Positions 39,023 to 50,600 of a DNA stretch of 64,000 nucleotides are shown here, piece after piece. Source of the stretch: an uncultured Planctomycetaceae bacterium. GTDB lineage: Bacteria; Planctomycetota; UBA8742; UBA2392; JABWBM01. Under the pieces are notes generated by a model. It ran no database searches, was not told the origin of the DNA, and worked only from the letters and a program-made list of their open reading frames with translations. Location of the stretch: NCBI GenBank assembly GCA_964548115.1, contig CAZJPQ010000015.1, forward strand, positions 3,923 through 67,922, read 5' to 3'. The translations under genes were made by a program, and so were the position numbers. The stretch's first letter is position 1. Every line of letters begins with the position of its first letter.

Positions 39023-39027
39023 CAACA

Positions 39028-40320
39028 GTGGGCGAACGAACAATGGTACTTCAGCGGGAACGCACCCCTTTTGAAAGCGTTAATATGCAATTCGATCTTT
39101 CAGCAGATCGTTTGAACCTCGATGAAAATTATCGAGATCTCCTCAAACGCCCCTATCGAGAACTTGTTGTAAGCGTTACGATTAAAGACCGTAATGGAAA
39201 ATTACGCTCCTTTACCGGCTATCGCATCCAACACAATAACGCTCGAGGCCCCTTCAAAGGCGGTATTCGCTATCATCCAGAAGTTAATCTTGAAGAGGTT
39301 CGCGCTTTAGCTTCACTTATGAGCTGGAAATGTGCCCTTGTAAATGTGCCTTTCGGAGGCGGTAAAGGCGGAATCACCATTGATCCTTCCCAATTTAACG
39401 AAACTGAGCTTCAAGAAATAACCCGCGCCTTTACTCGCCAGATCAGTGATTCCATTGGTCCTGACACCGACATCCCTGCCCCTGATGTTAATACGAACTC
39501 CAAAATGATGGGTTGGTTACTTGATGAATACCAAAGATTGAATGGTTTTAATCCAGCCTGTGTAACAGGCAAACCAATTCCCCTTGGTGGCTCCCTGGGA
39601 CGCACCGAAGCCACAGGCCGGGGCGTCATCTTTGCAACCAGAGAGTTTATAAAAGCAAAGGGGTTGAGTCTTGAAGGTCAAAAAATTGTCATTCAAGGTT
39701 TTGGCAATGTCGGCTCACATGCGGCTCTTTTTGCCCATCAAATGGGGGCAAAAATCATTGGGGTTTCTGATGCTTTTTCCGCTTTTTACAACCCTGAAGG
39801 TCTTAATATCGATGAACTTTGGGAGCTACAACAAACCGAAGGAACCATTAAAAATTATTCAGAAGAAGATAAAAAAATCCATGGCGACGAACTGCTCTTT
39901 CAAGAATGTGATATTCTTATTCCTGCAGCTTTGGGTGATGTCATTAACCGAGGGAATGCCAGCGGCATCAAAGCACGCCATATTATCGAAGGGGCAAATC
40001 ACCCCATTACCCCTGAAGCTGATTTAATCCTAACTGATAAAGACATTACAGTAATTCCAGACATCCTTGCCAATGCCGGTGGGGTCTATGTGAGCTACCT
40101 TGAATGGGTTCAAAATCATAACAATTTTTATTGGAAAGAAGACGAGATCAATACACGACTTGATGACGCAATTTCTTCTGCCTTTAAGAGCTTACATGAG
40201 ATTACCGAAAAAGAAAATCGAGATAACCCAAACCAAAAGTTCCCTTGTACGTACCGTAGAGCAGCCTTCATGGTTGCGATTCGACGGGTTTACGAAGCAA
40301 CTATCGCTCGTGGAATCTAA
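39028..40320 (+). CDS. gdh: Glutamate dehydrogenase (Glu/Leu/Phe/Val dehydrogenase family)
   Basis: 430 aa. Catalytic-lysine region KGGIRYHP...NVPFGGGKGG and the Rossmann dinucleotide fold GFGNVGSHAA. GTG start with canonical RBS. Confidence 0.9.
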   Translation: MGERTMVLQRERTPFESVNMQFDLSADRLNLDENYRDLLKRPYRELVVSVTIKDRNGKLRSFTGYRIQHNNARGPFKGGIRYHPEVNLEEVRALASLMSWKCALVNVPFGGGKGGITIDPSQFNETELQEITRAFTRQISDSIGPDTDIPAPDVNTNSKMMGWLLDEYQRLNGFNPACVTGKPIPLGGSLGRTEATGRGVIFATREFIKAKGLSLEGQKIVIQGFGNVGSHAALFAHQMGAKIIGVSDAFSAFYNPEGLNIDELWELQQTEGTIKNYSEEDKKIHGDELLFQECDILIPAALGDVINRGNASGIKARHIIEGANHPITPEADLILTDKDITVIPDILANAGGVYVSYLEWVQNHNNFYWKEDEINTRLDDAISSAFKSLHEITEKENRDNPNQKFPCTYRRAAFMVAIRRVYEATIARGI

Positions 40321-40441
40321 GCAAAAACTCATAGCTATCCCTGTGTAGCTGTGAAAATCCAGGGATTTAAAAATCAACAAGCTTAAGCATTAAGCTGTCC
40401 GAGATGTCGAATCAGCATCAATAAAGAAGGTCATTAAATAC

Positions 40442-41032
40442 ATGAAACATTTCCATTTTCAAGACACCCTATTACTCCTTTTTTTTCTTGGAGCAGGATT
40501 ATGTTTATTTGCCTGCTCTCAACATCAGCCCCAAAAAGAAGGATTAGAGTATCGTTCCAACAGCAAAGCAAAGCTCGCCGGAACATCAGGCCCTATACCC
40601 GAGCATTGGCATTTACGCCTTACAGAAGAAAGAAGTTCTGCTCACCCTGAAGGCTTCAAAGGAAGCGAAGGTCAGCCCTTCGAACTTCAGCCAAAAACTT
40701 CTTCTGCTCACCAAGATAATATGGGCCAAAAAGAACAAGCTCTTTATCTGGAAGGATTAAAAAACCATGGCTCAGGAAACTTTTCCAAAGCCATTGAAAT
40801 CTGGAAGGACTTACTTGAGCAAAACGTGGAAAACGCCAAAATCTGGCACTTACGCGCTCGATCTGAAGCTCAACTCCTGCTCGCTGAAGATGCCAGCGCA
40901 TCAGCAAGCAAAGCTTTTCAATATGGCAAAGAAGATCTTTCCTTTTATACAGAAGAGCCTGATTTTAGCCCCATCTTAAATTCTGAAGCCTGGAAGGCTT
41001 TTTTATCCTCCCTGCAAAACGCCAAGGAGTAA
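40442..41032 (+). CDS. Hypothetical lipoprotein with C-terminal TPR-like helices
   Basis: Signal peptide with lipobox LFAC-S (MKHFHFQDTLLLLFFLGAGLCLFACSQ). Confidence 0.45.
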   Translation: MKHFHFQDTLLLLFFLGAGLCLFACSQHQPQKEGLEYRSNSKAKLAGTSGPIPEHWHLRLTEERSSAHPEGFKGSEGQPFELQPKTSSAHQDNMGQKEQALYLEGLKNHGSGNFSKAIEIWKDLLEQNVENAKIWHLRARSEAQLLLAEDASASASKAFQYGKEDLSFYTEEPDFSPILNSEAWKAFLSSLQNAKE

Positions 41033-41037
41033 AGAGC

Positions 41038-42807
41038 TTATTTTGCGTCTGGTTTTGCAACCACAAAAGCCCTCAACTTTTCTTCAAGCAGTTGAATAAG
41101 TCGTTGAAGCTCTACTTTCAGGTTTTCATCACCCTCTTCTGCCGTCCCTTGAAGCTCTTCAAGCTTAATTCGAGCCTCCTGAAGCGCTAAAACAATCGTT
41201 TCATAATTCTTGGATGCTTCTGGTTTTACACTTTGAACAAGAAGGTAATCCGAAGCTTGGAAAAGCTTTTCCGCTTGATTAAAAACAGCTTCTGGGTCAA
41301 TGCTTTCCAGAAATTCTGGCCAGCGAAAAAAATCTTCAGGCTCCCAAACAAAACTCCAGGTAGATATGAAAAAGGTTAAGGCAGCCTGAGGAGTCGTGAC
41401 GTTTTGAGAACAAAGATCATTTATTCGTTTTTTTGTCTGCTCAAAAGCAAGCGCACACGACTCTAAAAAGGCTGCTTTGTCTCGAAGCACCTCCTCCAAT
41501 CGCTCAAAGAAATGAGAAAGCAATAAACTTCGAGAAGCTCCAGGCTGACTTTCCAGCCGAAGAGAGAAATAACTGCCCAATTTCCCTCGCCTATAGTGAG
41601 CATAAATCCCAGAAAAAGAAGCTTCAGGAGAGCTCAAAACCTTTGTTCGGATATCTCCAGGTTCTGCCAAAAGCGATATAAGAACTTCATAAACAAGACT
41701 ATCCTTAAAGGATAGAGGTCTATCTGAGTACACAAGGCGCACAAAATCTTGTCCCGCATCCGTAATCTGCAAGAAAGGCTTTTCTTCAGTAAAAGATTTC
41801 GGTTCCTGCTCAGACAGCTCCTTAGGAAGAGGCTGTCTCTTCAAACCTCCAAAATATTTTTGAATAAGCTCTTGAACTTGCCCAGGATCACACTTCCCCA
41901 CAAGCATTATACGAGCATTGTTTGGAACATAATATGTATGGTAATACTCAAAAAGCTGAAAACGTGTAATAGCTTGAATTCCCTCTTGTGTTCCAAGCAC
42001 AGGGTTACGATACGCCCTACTCTTCCAAAGAGAATTATTCAACTCTGTCTGAAAAACATACTCTGTATCTTGCTTTGCCTCTTGAAGCCTATTAAGTTCC
42101 TGATCTTTTTGATGATAAAAGTTTCGAAAAATGCACTGATCCATGCGAGCAGCTTCAAGTTTACAAAAAAGTTCAAGCTCTTCTGGTTGAGCCTCAAGCG
42201 TGTAAGCGGTTAAGTCCTGGTCTACCCAGCTCTTAAACGCATCAACTCCTCCCATCTGGTAACGCTCTTTAAAGCTTGAGCCTGCAGGCACAAGGGTAAA
42301 ACAATACTCCTGTTGTGCCAAAAAATCCTGCTCAGCCTGAAAACGTTTTTGGAGCAACTCTTGTGTCGGATTTTCACCCAGACGAAGTAAATCCCGAGCC
42401 TCCTGATCATACTTCAGGAAGAGGCTGTACAGCTGATCGAGATGCTCTAATGCCTCAAGCTCTTGTACTGAAGCATCCAGAGAACCTGAACCGGCATCGC
42501 TCAAGCGCTCTAAAAGACTGGTAAGACCTTGCAACCCCTGAGGGTCATGGGCCGAACCAACCCCATAAAGCATAGCACACGATAAAGTGTCTTGTTCTGG
42601 CATGGGCAGGACCATGACTTCAAGCCCATTTTCAAGCGAGAAACTCTTTAAGTCCAGTTGATCAAATGGAGAAGATTGTGCATGAAGCTTCGAAACAAAG
42701 AGTAGAAGGCTCACCAAAGATAAAAGCTTCAGGAACAATAATACGTTATTCCCCGAGCGGAGCACAAAATTGAGATTCAAAAAAGGTACCATCCAGCTTC
42801 TATACAT
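41038..42807 (-). CDS. M16 (pitrilysin/insulinase) family protein lacking the HxxEH zinc motif, probable non-catalytic homolog
   Basis: 589 aa with N-terminal signal/TM and two-domain M16 architecture. The position of the HxxEH inverted zincin motif reads GLTSLLERL. Confidence 0.55.
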   Translation of the reverse strand: MYRSWMVPFLNLNFVLRSGNNVLLFLKLLSLVSLLLFVSKLHAQSSPFDQLDLKSFSLENGLEVMVLPMPEQDTLSCAMLYGVGSAHDPQGLQGLTSLLERLSDAGSGSLDASVQELEALEHLDQLYSLFLKYDQEARDLLRLGENPTQELLQKRFQAEQDFLAQQEYCFTLVPAGSSFKERYQMGGVDAFKSWVDQDLTAYTLEAQPEELELFCKLEAARMDQCIFRNFYHQKDQELNRLQEAKQDTEYVFQTELNNSLWKSRAYRNPVLGTQEGIQAITRFQLFEYYHTYYVPNNARIMLVGKCDPGQVQELIQKYFGGLKRQPLPKELSEQEPKSFTEEKPFLQITDAGQDFVRLVYSDRPLSFKDSLVYEVLISLLAEPGDIRTKVLSSPEASFSGIYAHYRRGKLGSYFSLRLESQPGASRSLLLSHFFERLEEVLRDKAAFLESCALAFEQTKKRINDLCSQNVTTPQAALTFFISTWSFVWEPEDFFRWPEFLESIDPEAVFNQAEKLFQASDYLLVQSVKPEASKNYETIVLALQEARIKLEELQGTAEEGDENLKVELQRLIQLLEEKLRAFVVAKPDAK

Positions 42808-42825
42808 CGAGCCGTTCCCTACTCC

Positions 42826-44031
42826 CTAAAGCTCAAGTCCAAGCTTTAATGCAAATTCAGCCTGTTCTCGACTATTTGAAACCTTTTCTTGAAATGCTTT
42901 AAAGATCGCGGCCTTCTGTTCTGAGCTAAGATGCAACTGCAAAGCATGCAACTCTTCCCGTGTGAAACGTTGGGCATGAAGGGCATAATCATCGAATGCT
43001 TCAGTTGCAACTGGAAAACAGGAGTGAGCGATAGCATAAAGAGCCCAGGCATATTCTCGAACTTCATACTGGGCATGAGGATGTAAACGCAAAGCGATGA
43101 AGTGCAACAAGTTTTTAAGGTTAATCTTCCAGATGAGAAGGGTGTATTGTGAGAGGGGAAGGTTTGCCCGACTAAGCTCCTTAGCCACCCCCTGCTCAAG
43201 AGAAGTCCTGTACCATTCACGCATTTGTTCAACTTCGATTTTCAACCGTTTTTGGATTTGAGCCTGCTCCGAAGGATCAAAAGCACCTTGGCTACGCCCC
43301 TGTTTATTATCAAGGCTTTGTTTTTCAATGCCTGAGACCTCTGGCAAATAGTAATGATCTGGCATCTCAACGTAGCGACCAGACATTTCGTTCTGTACAG
43401 AATAGGTCTGAAAAGCACTATCATTAGAAATACAATCTGCCATTTCCGGCTCAAGCTGGTTTGCCGTACGGTGGCGAAAAAGCTGACGGTAAACAAAAAT
43501 CGGAATATAAAGCCGGAACTTTAATTCTCCCATCTCAAAAGGAGTCGTATGCTGATGCCGCATGAGATAGCGCAAGAGACCTCGATTTGCACGAGCCTTC
43601 TTGCCTCCTGTATAACTTGTGCGAGCAGCATCGGCGATCTCATCATCAGAGCCCATAACATCCATAAATTCAACAAACCCAAAATTATGGACCCCAAGCA
43701 TATCCCCTTTTTCAAACTTCCCTGCCTCTGGGTTATGAATCGGGTCAAAATCAGGGTTCCTATTCGCTTGAACGAGCTCTGTAATCTCTTGGTTTTTCAG
43801 GAGTTCTGCAACAGAGCAGCCAAAACGTGTTTCTTCGGCAAAATGCTCTGCCCGCCCAAGACTGTTGGGGGTGATTAAATAGCGTGCTTCTGGGTTAAGA
43901 GGTATGGGCGCAAGAGCTTGTTCAACCAAGGGGAACACATTTTTTCCAAGTATTTTGTAATTTCCAATTATCATACTGATACCACTTGCCTCTTCATCAT
44001 TTGAAAGGTTATGAAATGGGAAAGCAGGCAT
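42826..44031 (-). CDS. thyX: Flavin-dependent thymidylate synthase ThyX with ~150-aa N-terminal extension
   Basis: Block LLRYLMRHQHTTPFEMGELKFRLYIPIFVYRQLFRHRTANQ...MSGRYVE aligns with the ThyX signature (YLMKHGHETPFEH...APIFVARQWFRHR...SGRY). 401 aa versus ~220-250 aa for minimal ThyX. Confidence 0.85.
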   Translation of the reverse strand: MPAFPFHNLSNDEEASGISMIIGNYKILGKNVFPLVEQALAPIPLNPEARYLITPNSLGRAEHFAEETRFGCSVAELLKNQEITELVQANRNPDFDPIHNPEAGKFEKGDMLGVHNFGFVEFMDVMGSDDEIADAARTSYTGGKKARANRGLLRYLMRHQHTTPFEMGELKFRLYIPIFVYRQLFRHRTANQLEPEMADCISNDSAFQTYSVQNEMSGRYVEMPDHYYLPEVSGIEKQSLDNKQGRSQGAFDPSEQAQIQKRLKIEVEQMREWYRTSLEQGVAKELSRANLPLSQYTLLIWKINLKNLLHFIALRLHPHAQYEVREYAWALYAIAHSCFPVATEAFDDYALHAQRFTREELHALQLHLSSEQKAAIFKAFQEKVSNSREQAEFALKLGLEL

Positions 44032-44162
44032 ACAAGTTTATTTTTTGCCCACAGCATGTGACCTTTTCCAAGCTGATTTTTCACTCTGGAAACTTCACTA
44101 AGGAAAAACTCTTTGGCCCGCTTCTAATTATATAGAGCTTCTTAATGTTATATGAATTGCTT

Positions 44163-44888
44163 TTATTCGTCGGCTTCGGGTGCTTCCCCCTCTGAGGCTG
44201 CAAACGACGATTCTCCCGATGAAGTATCAATAGCAAAAGGCTTGAAACCAGAGGTCAAAAGAGAGCCCTGCTCAACCTTCCAATCATCCCAACCTCCCTC
44301 TTCAGGATAGCGAATAAACTGCTGGAAAATATCTTCAAGTTTTGCTGAACTAAGAAGCTCCAAGTACCCCTCAGCAGAAAGCAACTCCATTTCAACCCCA
44401 CATTTTTCCGGCCAGTCTAAACTTGCGGTGTTTTCTTGATAATAATCAACAATGGCAATGAACTGACCACCCGGGCTCAGGAGCTCATAAACACGCTCAA
44501 GGGTTTTTGCCATCGGACGCATATAATAAAGTGACTCCATACAAAAGATCAGATCAAAACGCTCTTCATCCAAGGCTGAATCGAAGATACTGCCCTCGAA
44601 GAAAATAGTATTCGTAAAACTTTCAGGGGTAATATCTCGGGCAAGATGCACCATTTCACTTGAAATATCAATACCCATAACAATACCTGCTTCAAGCCGC
44701 TTGGCAAGGGCCCTTGTTACATAGCCATTGCCACAGCCAAGATCCAGTATCATTGCATTTTGAGGTAAAGAAACATCACGCAGCCCTTCCCGGACGGCAT
44801 ATTTGTGACTTTCTTCCATTTTATCAGCCCGGCCATCTAAAGCCCAGCCGTCAAAAAGCGTTCTTACCTCAAGGTCTTGCTGCTCCAT
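44163..44888 (-). CDS. Class I SAM-dependent methyltransferase
   Basis: Motif I ILDLGCGNGYVT, motif post-I GIDIS, motif II DLIFCMESLYY. Confidence 0.7.
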   Translation of the reverse strand: MEQQDLEVRTLFDGWALDGRADKMEESHKYAVREGLRDVSLPQNAMILDLGCGNGYVTRALAKRLEAGIVMGIDISSEMVHLARDITPESFTNTIFFEGSIFDSALDEERFDLIFCMESLYYMRPMAKTLERVYELLSPGGQFIAIVDYYQENTASLDWPEKCGVEMELLSAEGYLELLSSAKLEDIFQQFIRYPEEGGWDDWKVEQGSLLTSGFKPFAIDTSSGESSFAASEGEAPEADE

Positions 44889-45089
44889 AAATACGATCTT
44901 TCTTTGTAGTTTTTATATTTATTATGTCATCTTTAATTGTATTAGCACGAACAAAAGCATTACTGTCGCAATCACTTCAAAACAGGAAGAAATACTCCCC
45001 TCACTACAGCATTACCTGAGCCATAGCCTCCAAGCAGCCATAAGCCTAGAAGCATTGCCACAGGAAAGCAAGCCGAAGTTCACAAGAAC

Positions 45090-46010
45090 TTAGTCCTGAT
45101 TATGTAAGGAAGCACTCTTTTCTTCTAGCAGTTTGCTAAGCTTTTTTTGCAAATCTTTAATGGCCGAATCAAAATGAGCTCCCTCTTTTTGATTTTCACT
45201 TCTATCCTGAAAATCCTCCAAAACATGAAGAGCGTTTTCAAGTGGGTTTTCCCCTTGATAATCATAAGCCTGCATATGAACTAATATCATAGCAAACTCT
45301 TGCTTAAGGCTTTCAAGCTCGCCTAAGATATCGCTCTTTATTACACCCATCGATTCGGACTCAACAGAAAGAGCCTCTTCTAAAGCCTGGTTAAAAGGTA
45401 AAAGTGTACGCACGAGAACTCGTTGAAGGTCTTCTTTTTCAAGTTTTCTTTGTTCGGATAAATCTTTCTCTGGTTCTATTTCGCGAAGTTCATGTATTAA
45501 AATAAAAGTCAAAGACTCGTCTCTATTACAAAGTAAATGAATTGCTTCAAGCTGAAGACACGAAGCAAGAGCTGCCAGCAAAGTCCAAAGAAAAGGAAGT
45601 TCAATATTCTGAAGGAGAGGAGCCTTGAGTTCTGAAACCTCATTTAAAGGTGGCTTTTCCAAAGCTTCTATAAATTGCTGCTGACAATCCTGGTGAAGTC
45701 CAACAAAATCAGGCTTAAAAACCTTCTTATGAGGATCATAAGAACCGCAATGTAAAGCTAAGCGAGCTGAATAGCGATCAAAGAATAAATCTCCTAAAAC
45801 AAAAGTGTTTGTGTCGCTGTCGAGAAAATAGCGCGGACAACTTTGGAGCTTTTGTTCAAAAGGGGCTTGATAACGACTGAGCCATGCCCGAGCTTGTTCT
45901 TCTAACTTTGTAAGCCCTAAACTAAGAGGTCTCGAAGACGCAGATGGTTCAAAAGAATTGCTCCCAGCAGCATTCATGAATCTCTCCACCCCATGCTCAA
46001 AGCCATGCAC
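45090..46010 (-). CDS. Hypothetical protein (306 aa)
   Basis: No recognisable motifs. Same-strand neighbour of the ACAD gene and the methyltransferase. Confidence 0.4.
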   Translation of the reverse strand: MHGFEHGVERFMNAAGSNSFEPSASSRPLSLGLTKLEEQARAWLSRYQAPFEQKLQSCPRYFLDSDTNTFVLGDLFFDRYSARLALHCGSYDPHKKVFKPDFVGLHQDCQQQFIEALEKPPLNEVSELKAPLLQNIELPFLWTLLAALASCLQLEAIHLLCNRDESLTFILIHELREIEPEKDLSEQRKLEKEDLQRVLVRTLLPFNQALEEALSVESESMGVIKSDILGELESLKQEFAMILVHMQAYDYQGENPLENALHVLEDFQDRSENQKEGAHFDSAIKDLQKKLSKLLEEKSASLHNQD

Positions 46011-46048
46011 TCTACCAAGATATGATTCACTTCTATTTATGCTTGGAA

Positions 46049-47227
46049 CTAAAGGCGCCCCAAAAGAGCGCGAGCTATTTTAAGCCGTTGAATTTCGCTT
46101 GTACCCTCACCAATCTCACAAAGCTTGGCATCCCGCATCATACGCTCAACGTGGTATTCTCGAGTATAACCATATCCTCCAAGACACTGAATGGCATTTG
46201 TCGTGACCCGCATGGCAACCTCAGAAGCATAAAGCTTGGCATAGCTTGCTTCGAGACCAAAATCACGCCCTGCATCCTTCAGACGAGCAGCATGATAAAC
46301 AAGATGGCGAGCTGCCGCTATCTCCATGGCCATATCAGCTATCTTAAAAGAAACTCCCTGAAAAGTGCCAATAGGCTGACCAAACTGCTGACGCTCTTTA
46401 ACATACTCTCGAGCAATCTGATACGCTCCTTCAGCAATTCCTAGAGCTAAAGCCCCAATAGAAATGCGACCCCCATCTAAAGTTTTCATAAACTTCTGGA
46501 AACCTTTATCAGCTTCTTCGGCCGAACCGACAAGCGCATTTCGAGGCAAACGCATATCCTCAAAAGCCAGCTGACAGGTGTTTGAAGCTCGCATACCAAG
46601 CTTATCCTCTTCTTTTTCAATTATAAACCCAGGAGTACTTGTCTCAGCAATGAACGCGGAGATGCCACGCCCTCGTTTTGCCTCAGGGTCTACTTTGGCC
46701 GTAAAAATGCAAGTATAAGCATAGCTTGGGTTTGTAATCCAACTCTTGCGTCCGCGAACAACCCACTGGTCATCTTCCAGCTGAGCTGTAGTCTGTGTGC
46801 CACCAGCATCAGAACCGGCTTCTGGCTCAGTTAATCCAAAACAGCCTAAAGTAAGCTTTCCATCCTCTCCAACGCCTGCACAAAGCTTTGGAAGGTAGCG
46901 TTCTTTTTGTTCTTCAGTTCCAAAAGCATAAATTGGATAGGTTCCAAGACTAATATGAGCGGCATATCCCAAAGCTGTTGACCCACAAACCTTGGCCAGA
47001 GCCTCAACCACCAAAGTATACGCCAGGGCTGAGCAGCTAATGCCGCCATTTTCTTCTGGAATAGTTAATCCGAGAAAACCAAGCTCTCCAAGTTTTCTAA
47101 AAACCTCTTCAGGAAATCGTTTGGTCTCGTCAATTTCCTCTACGATTGGTGCCAGTTCGTCCTGGGAAAAGGCTTCTGCCGTTTCTTGTATTTGCTCTTC
47201 TTCTTCTGTGAGATCAAAATTGAGCAT
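46049..47227 (-). CDS. Acyl-CoA dehydrogenase (short/branched-chain type)
   Basis: 392 aa. ACAD N-terminal, middle beta-barrel ([13 protein letters not shown]) and C-terminal domains. Catalytic glutamate region [29 protein letters not shown]. Confidence 0.9.
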   Translation of the reverse strand: MLNFDLTEEEEQIQETAEAFSQDELAPIVEEIDETKRFPEEVFRKLGELGFLGLTIPEENGGISCSALAYTLVVEALAKVCGSTALGYAAHISLGTYPIYAFGTEEQKERYLPKLCAGVGEDGKLTLGCFGLTEPEAGSDAGGTQTTAQLEDDQWVVRGRKSWITNPSYAYTCIFTAKVDPEAKRGRGISAFIAETSTPGFIIEKEEDKLGMRASNTCQLAFEDMRLPRNALVGSAEEADKGFQKFMKTLDGGRISIGALALGIAEGAYQIAREYVKERQQFGQPIGTFQGVSFKIADMAMEIAAARHLVYHAARLKDAGRDFGLEASYAKLYASEVAMRVTTNAIQCLGGYGYTREYHVERMMRDAKLCEIGEGTSEIQRLKIARALLGRL

Positions 47228-47699
47228 CTTTTACCCTTATCTAAAGTTCAATTCAATAAAGACTCAGCTTTTCAAAGAAATCTACTCTCTTAAGCTTGTA
47301 TTATATAGCTTTATTCGTTTTATGTAAGATAAGTCTAAATTGAAAGCAGAAAATCTGCTGGGATCAAAAGACTGAAAAAAACACAAATAAAATCGAAGAT
47401 CTACTATCTCTTAAAATTTAAAACGAATAGAACATGGCAAGTTCCAGACCTTGCCTGATACTGCTTACCTCTTTGGTCCAGCCAAAATATTAAAATTTTT
47501 GATTGTTTTATGGCACTTCAGATCTCGTGTTTACGTAATATAAATATGCCAAAGTTTGGAGGAAAGGTTAAAAATTCAGGTTCTATCTTAGCCTTCGACG
47601 CCTTCAAAAGCTATACTTGAGTGCACGCAGAGTTGTGCTTCATGATTGTGTACCGGTTTATTTCAGACCATACTCTCAAACAGAAAGTTTCTTACTATT

Positions 47700-50600
47700 A
47701 TGCAAACAAAAAAAGCTCTTCCTTCGATACTTGCCTATGGTCTTGGAATAGGCTTGGCTTCTTTTGTCCTAAGCTTCAGCTCCTTCCAAGCTCAAGAGGC
47801 CTTGCCTGCTGAAAAGTTAGAGAGAAAACAAAACCTTGAAGAACTCTCTGATGTTCAAAAACGAACTCAAGAGCGATTGAAGCAGCTTATTCAAAAGATG
47901 GAAAAGCTTGCTGATGAGCTTTCAAACTCCCATGATCCTAAAGAAGTTGAAGAGTCATACCGTCTTCAAGAGGCTATTGAAAAGCTGAAAGAAGAACAGC
48001 TCGAGCATTTGCAAAGCAAAGTTGAAAAAGCTTTACAAGAAGAAAAACTCCTTGACGCTATTCCTCAAGCAAAGGAAAGCGCTGACAAGCTTGACGAAAT
48101 CATCCGCATCCTTGACGGCAATATGCCTCTCCAGGAAGCCGAAGAGCGTGTAGAGAAAATCAAGCAAACTCTGGAAGATATCCAAGCCCTCAAAGCAGAA
48201 CAAAAAGAAGTCCGCGAAGAAACTGAAAAACTTTCAAGTTCTGATTCTCAACTTTCTGCTCAAATCAATGAATTACGAGAGCAAGCTGAGAAGCTCCAGC
48301 AAGAACAAGCTCGGCTTCAAAACTTAAACAAGGAGAATCAGGCGAAAAGCCTTGATCTTAAAAAGTTAGAAGAGGAACTCAAAACTCTTGATCAATCAGA
48401 AGAAGAACTCGAAAAATCTATCCAAGAGTTAGAAGAAAAAGTAACACAGGCCGAAAAAGACAGCCTGCCAAGTCTTGAACAAGCTTCCCAAAAGCTTGAA
48501 GAGCTTCTTCACCAAGCAGAATTGGAACGTCTAAAAAACGAAAACATGCAAGCTTTAGAAGCAGTAAATGAAAAGCTTCAGGCTTTACAAGAACAAACAC
48601 AAAAGACTCAAGAGACAACAAAAGAACTGACAAAAGATCCTGATTTAAGCTTACTCGATAAAGTACAGACAGCTCAAGCAGCGCAGCAGAAAGCCTACCG
48701 TGAAAGTCGTTCAACTCAGGGACAGTTTCAGGATAACCCATCCTTAATCCCTGAAAAAACTTTAGAAGCACTCCAAGCATCCCAAAACCAAGCCCTCGAG
48801 GCCATTGAGGATGCTCTCAAAGATCTCGATGCTCAAAGTTCACAAGCAATGGAGAATGCTCCAGAAAAAGCAGAAAAGCTTGAAGCTTTGAAGGATACGC
48901 TCAACAAAGCACGAGAACAAGCTGAGGCAGCCCAAAAGAGCCTGGAAAAAAAGGATCTGGAAAATGCTATTCAAAATCAGGATCAGGCTCTTGAAAGTTT
49001 AAAGCAAACAAAAGAAGGGCTTAAACCAGAAAATCAAGCTCAAGCAAAGTTAAATTCACAAGAGGCTCAACAAGCAGCAGTTCAAGAACAAGCCCGCATG
49101 CTGGCAGAAGAGCTTGATAACGTCGCAAAAAACCTTGAAGAACAAGCGTTACAAGCAGCTCAACAAGGACTTGAACAAGAAAATAAGTCTTCCCAGGCTC
49201 AAGCAGAGAATGCCCATAAAGCCCGCCAGGCTTTGGAAAATGCCTCTTACAAGCTTGAAGACAGCTCAAAGCAGGTAAGCGAGGGATCAAGCAGCCAAAG
49301 CCACCAAGCACTTCAAGAGACTCTCGAGGCCATGAAAGAAGCAGAGAAAGCTCTTAAGCAAGCCATCAATCAAGACTCAAAAGAATCATCTGCTCAAAAA
49401 AATGGACTCGAAGCAGCAGCACAGGCTCAGGAAAAACTGGCGCAAGAAGCTCAAGAACTCCTTCAAGATCTTCAAAAGGCTGATTCGCTCCAGATTGCCC
49501 CCCAAACAAACCTTGAAGAGGCCCTTTCTCAAGCTATTGAGCAAGCTCAGACCGCTCAAAAATCTTCAAACCGCGAATTAGAAGCCAGGGCTTCAAAAGC
49601 TCTGGAGGCTTTTGAAGATGTTCTTGAGGATGCAAAAAAAGAAAGCTCTGAAAGATCTCCAGACTCCCAGGCAAAAACTCTGGAAGAAGCTATTCAGCGC
49701 GCAAAAAATTTAGCTGAAGCAGCAGGCCGTGATAGTGCTCAAAACACAAAGCCAATACAAGAAGCTGCTCAACAAGCAGCCAACACGCTTCAAGATAAGC
49801 TTGATGCTCTCAAATCAAAACAAGCTTTAGAGAGTGCCCTTGAAAACGCCCAAAACATGAGCAAAAACGCTGGGGAGCAATTTTCTAAAGCAGACCGAGA
49901 GCAGGCTCAAGCAAACCAAAAGTCTGCCTTAGAGGCTTTGGAGGAAGCTCAATCAGCGCTTCAAAAGCAAAAAGAGCTGGCTCAAGGCGGAAGCTCTGCT
50001 CAAAACCTTGCTGAAAAGCAGGCAAAAATTACAGAGCAGGCAAAATCAGCAGCTGAAAAAATTCAGAACCTTCAAAAAGGCCAAGCACAGGCCAACTTGC
50101 AGGAAAGTTCAGAACGAGCAAAGGCTGCTCTTGAAGAAGCTTCGAAGAAAATGGAAGCAGCCCAGGAAAAACTCGAACAAGCCAACCCTTCAAAATCAGG
50201 AAAGCAAGCTCAAGCAGGCTCTTCGCCAGAGCAACCTTCCGCTCAAAAGCCTTCAGAACAACTCAAGCAAGCCTCTGAAAATACAAAATCAGCCCGCCAA
50301 GACATGCAGAAAGCTCTCCAAGAAATGCAGCAACAGCTTGAGCAATCTCAAGCCGAACAATCTTTACGCTCTGAACAATTGGCGAAAGAGGAAGCTATGC
50401 TGCGGGAAGAACTCGCAAAGCTGCTTGAAAAGCTTGAAGAAACTCAGAATGACCTGCAAAACCAAGCAGAGCAAGCTAGCTCAAACAACAATTCTGGGCA
50501 ACCTGGCGCAGACCCATCATTGCAGGAAAAACTTGAAAAAGCGGCCAAAAAGCTTTCAGCCCCTATTGAAGATGTTCAAAATGCAGAGAAAAGCGCTGAA

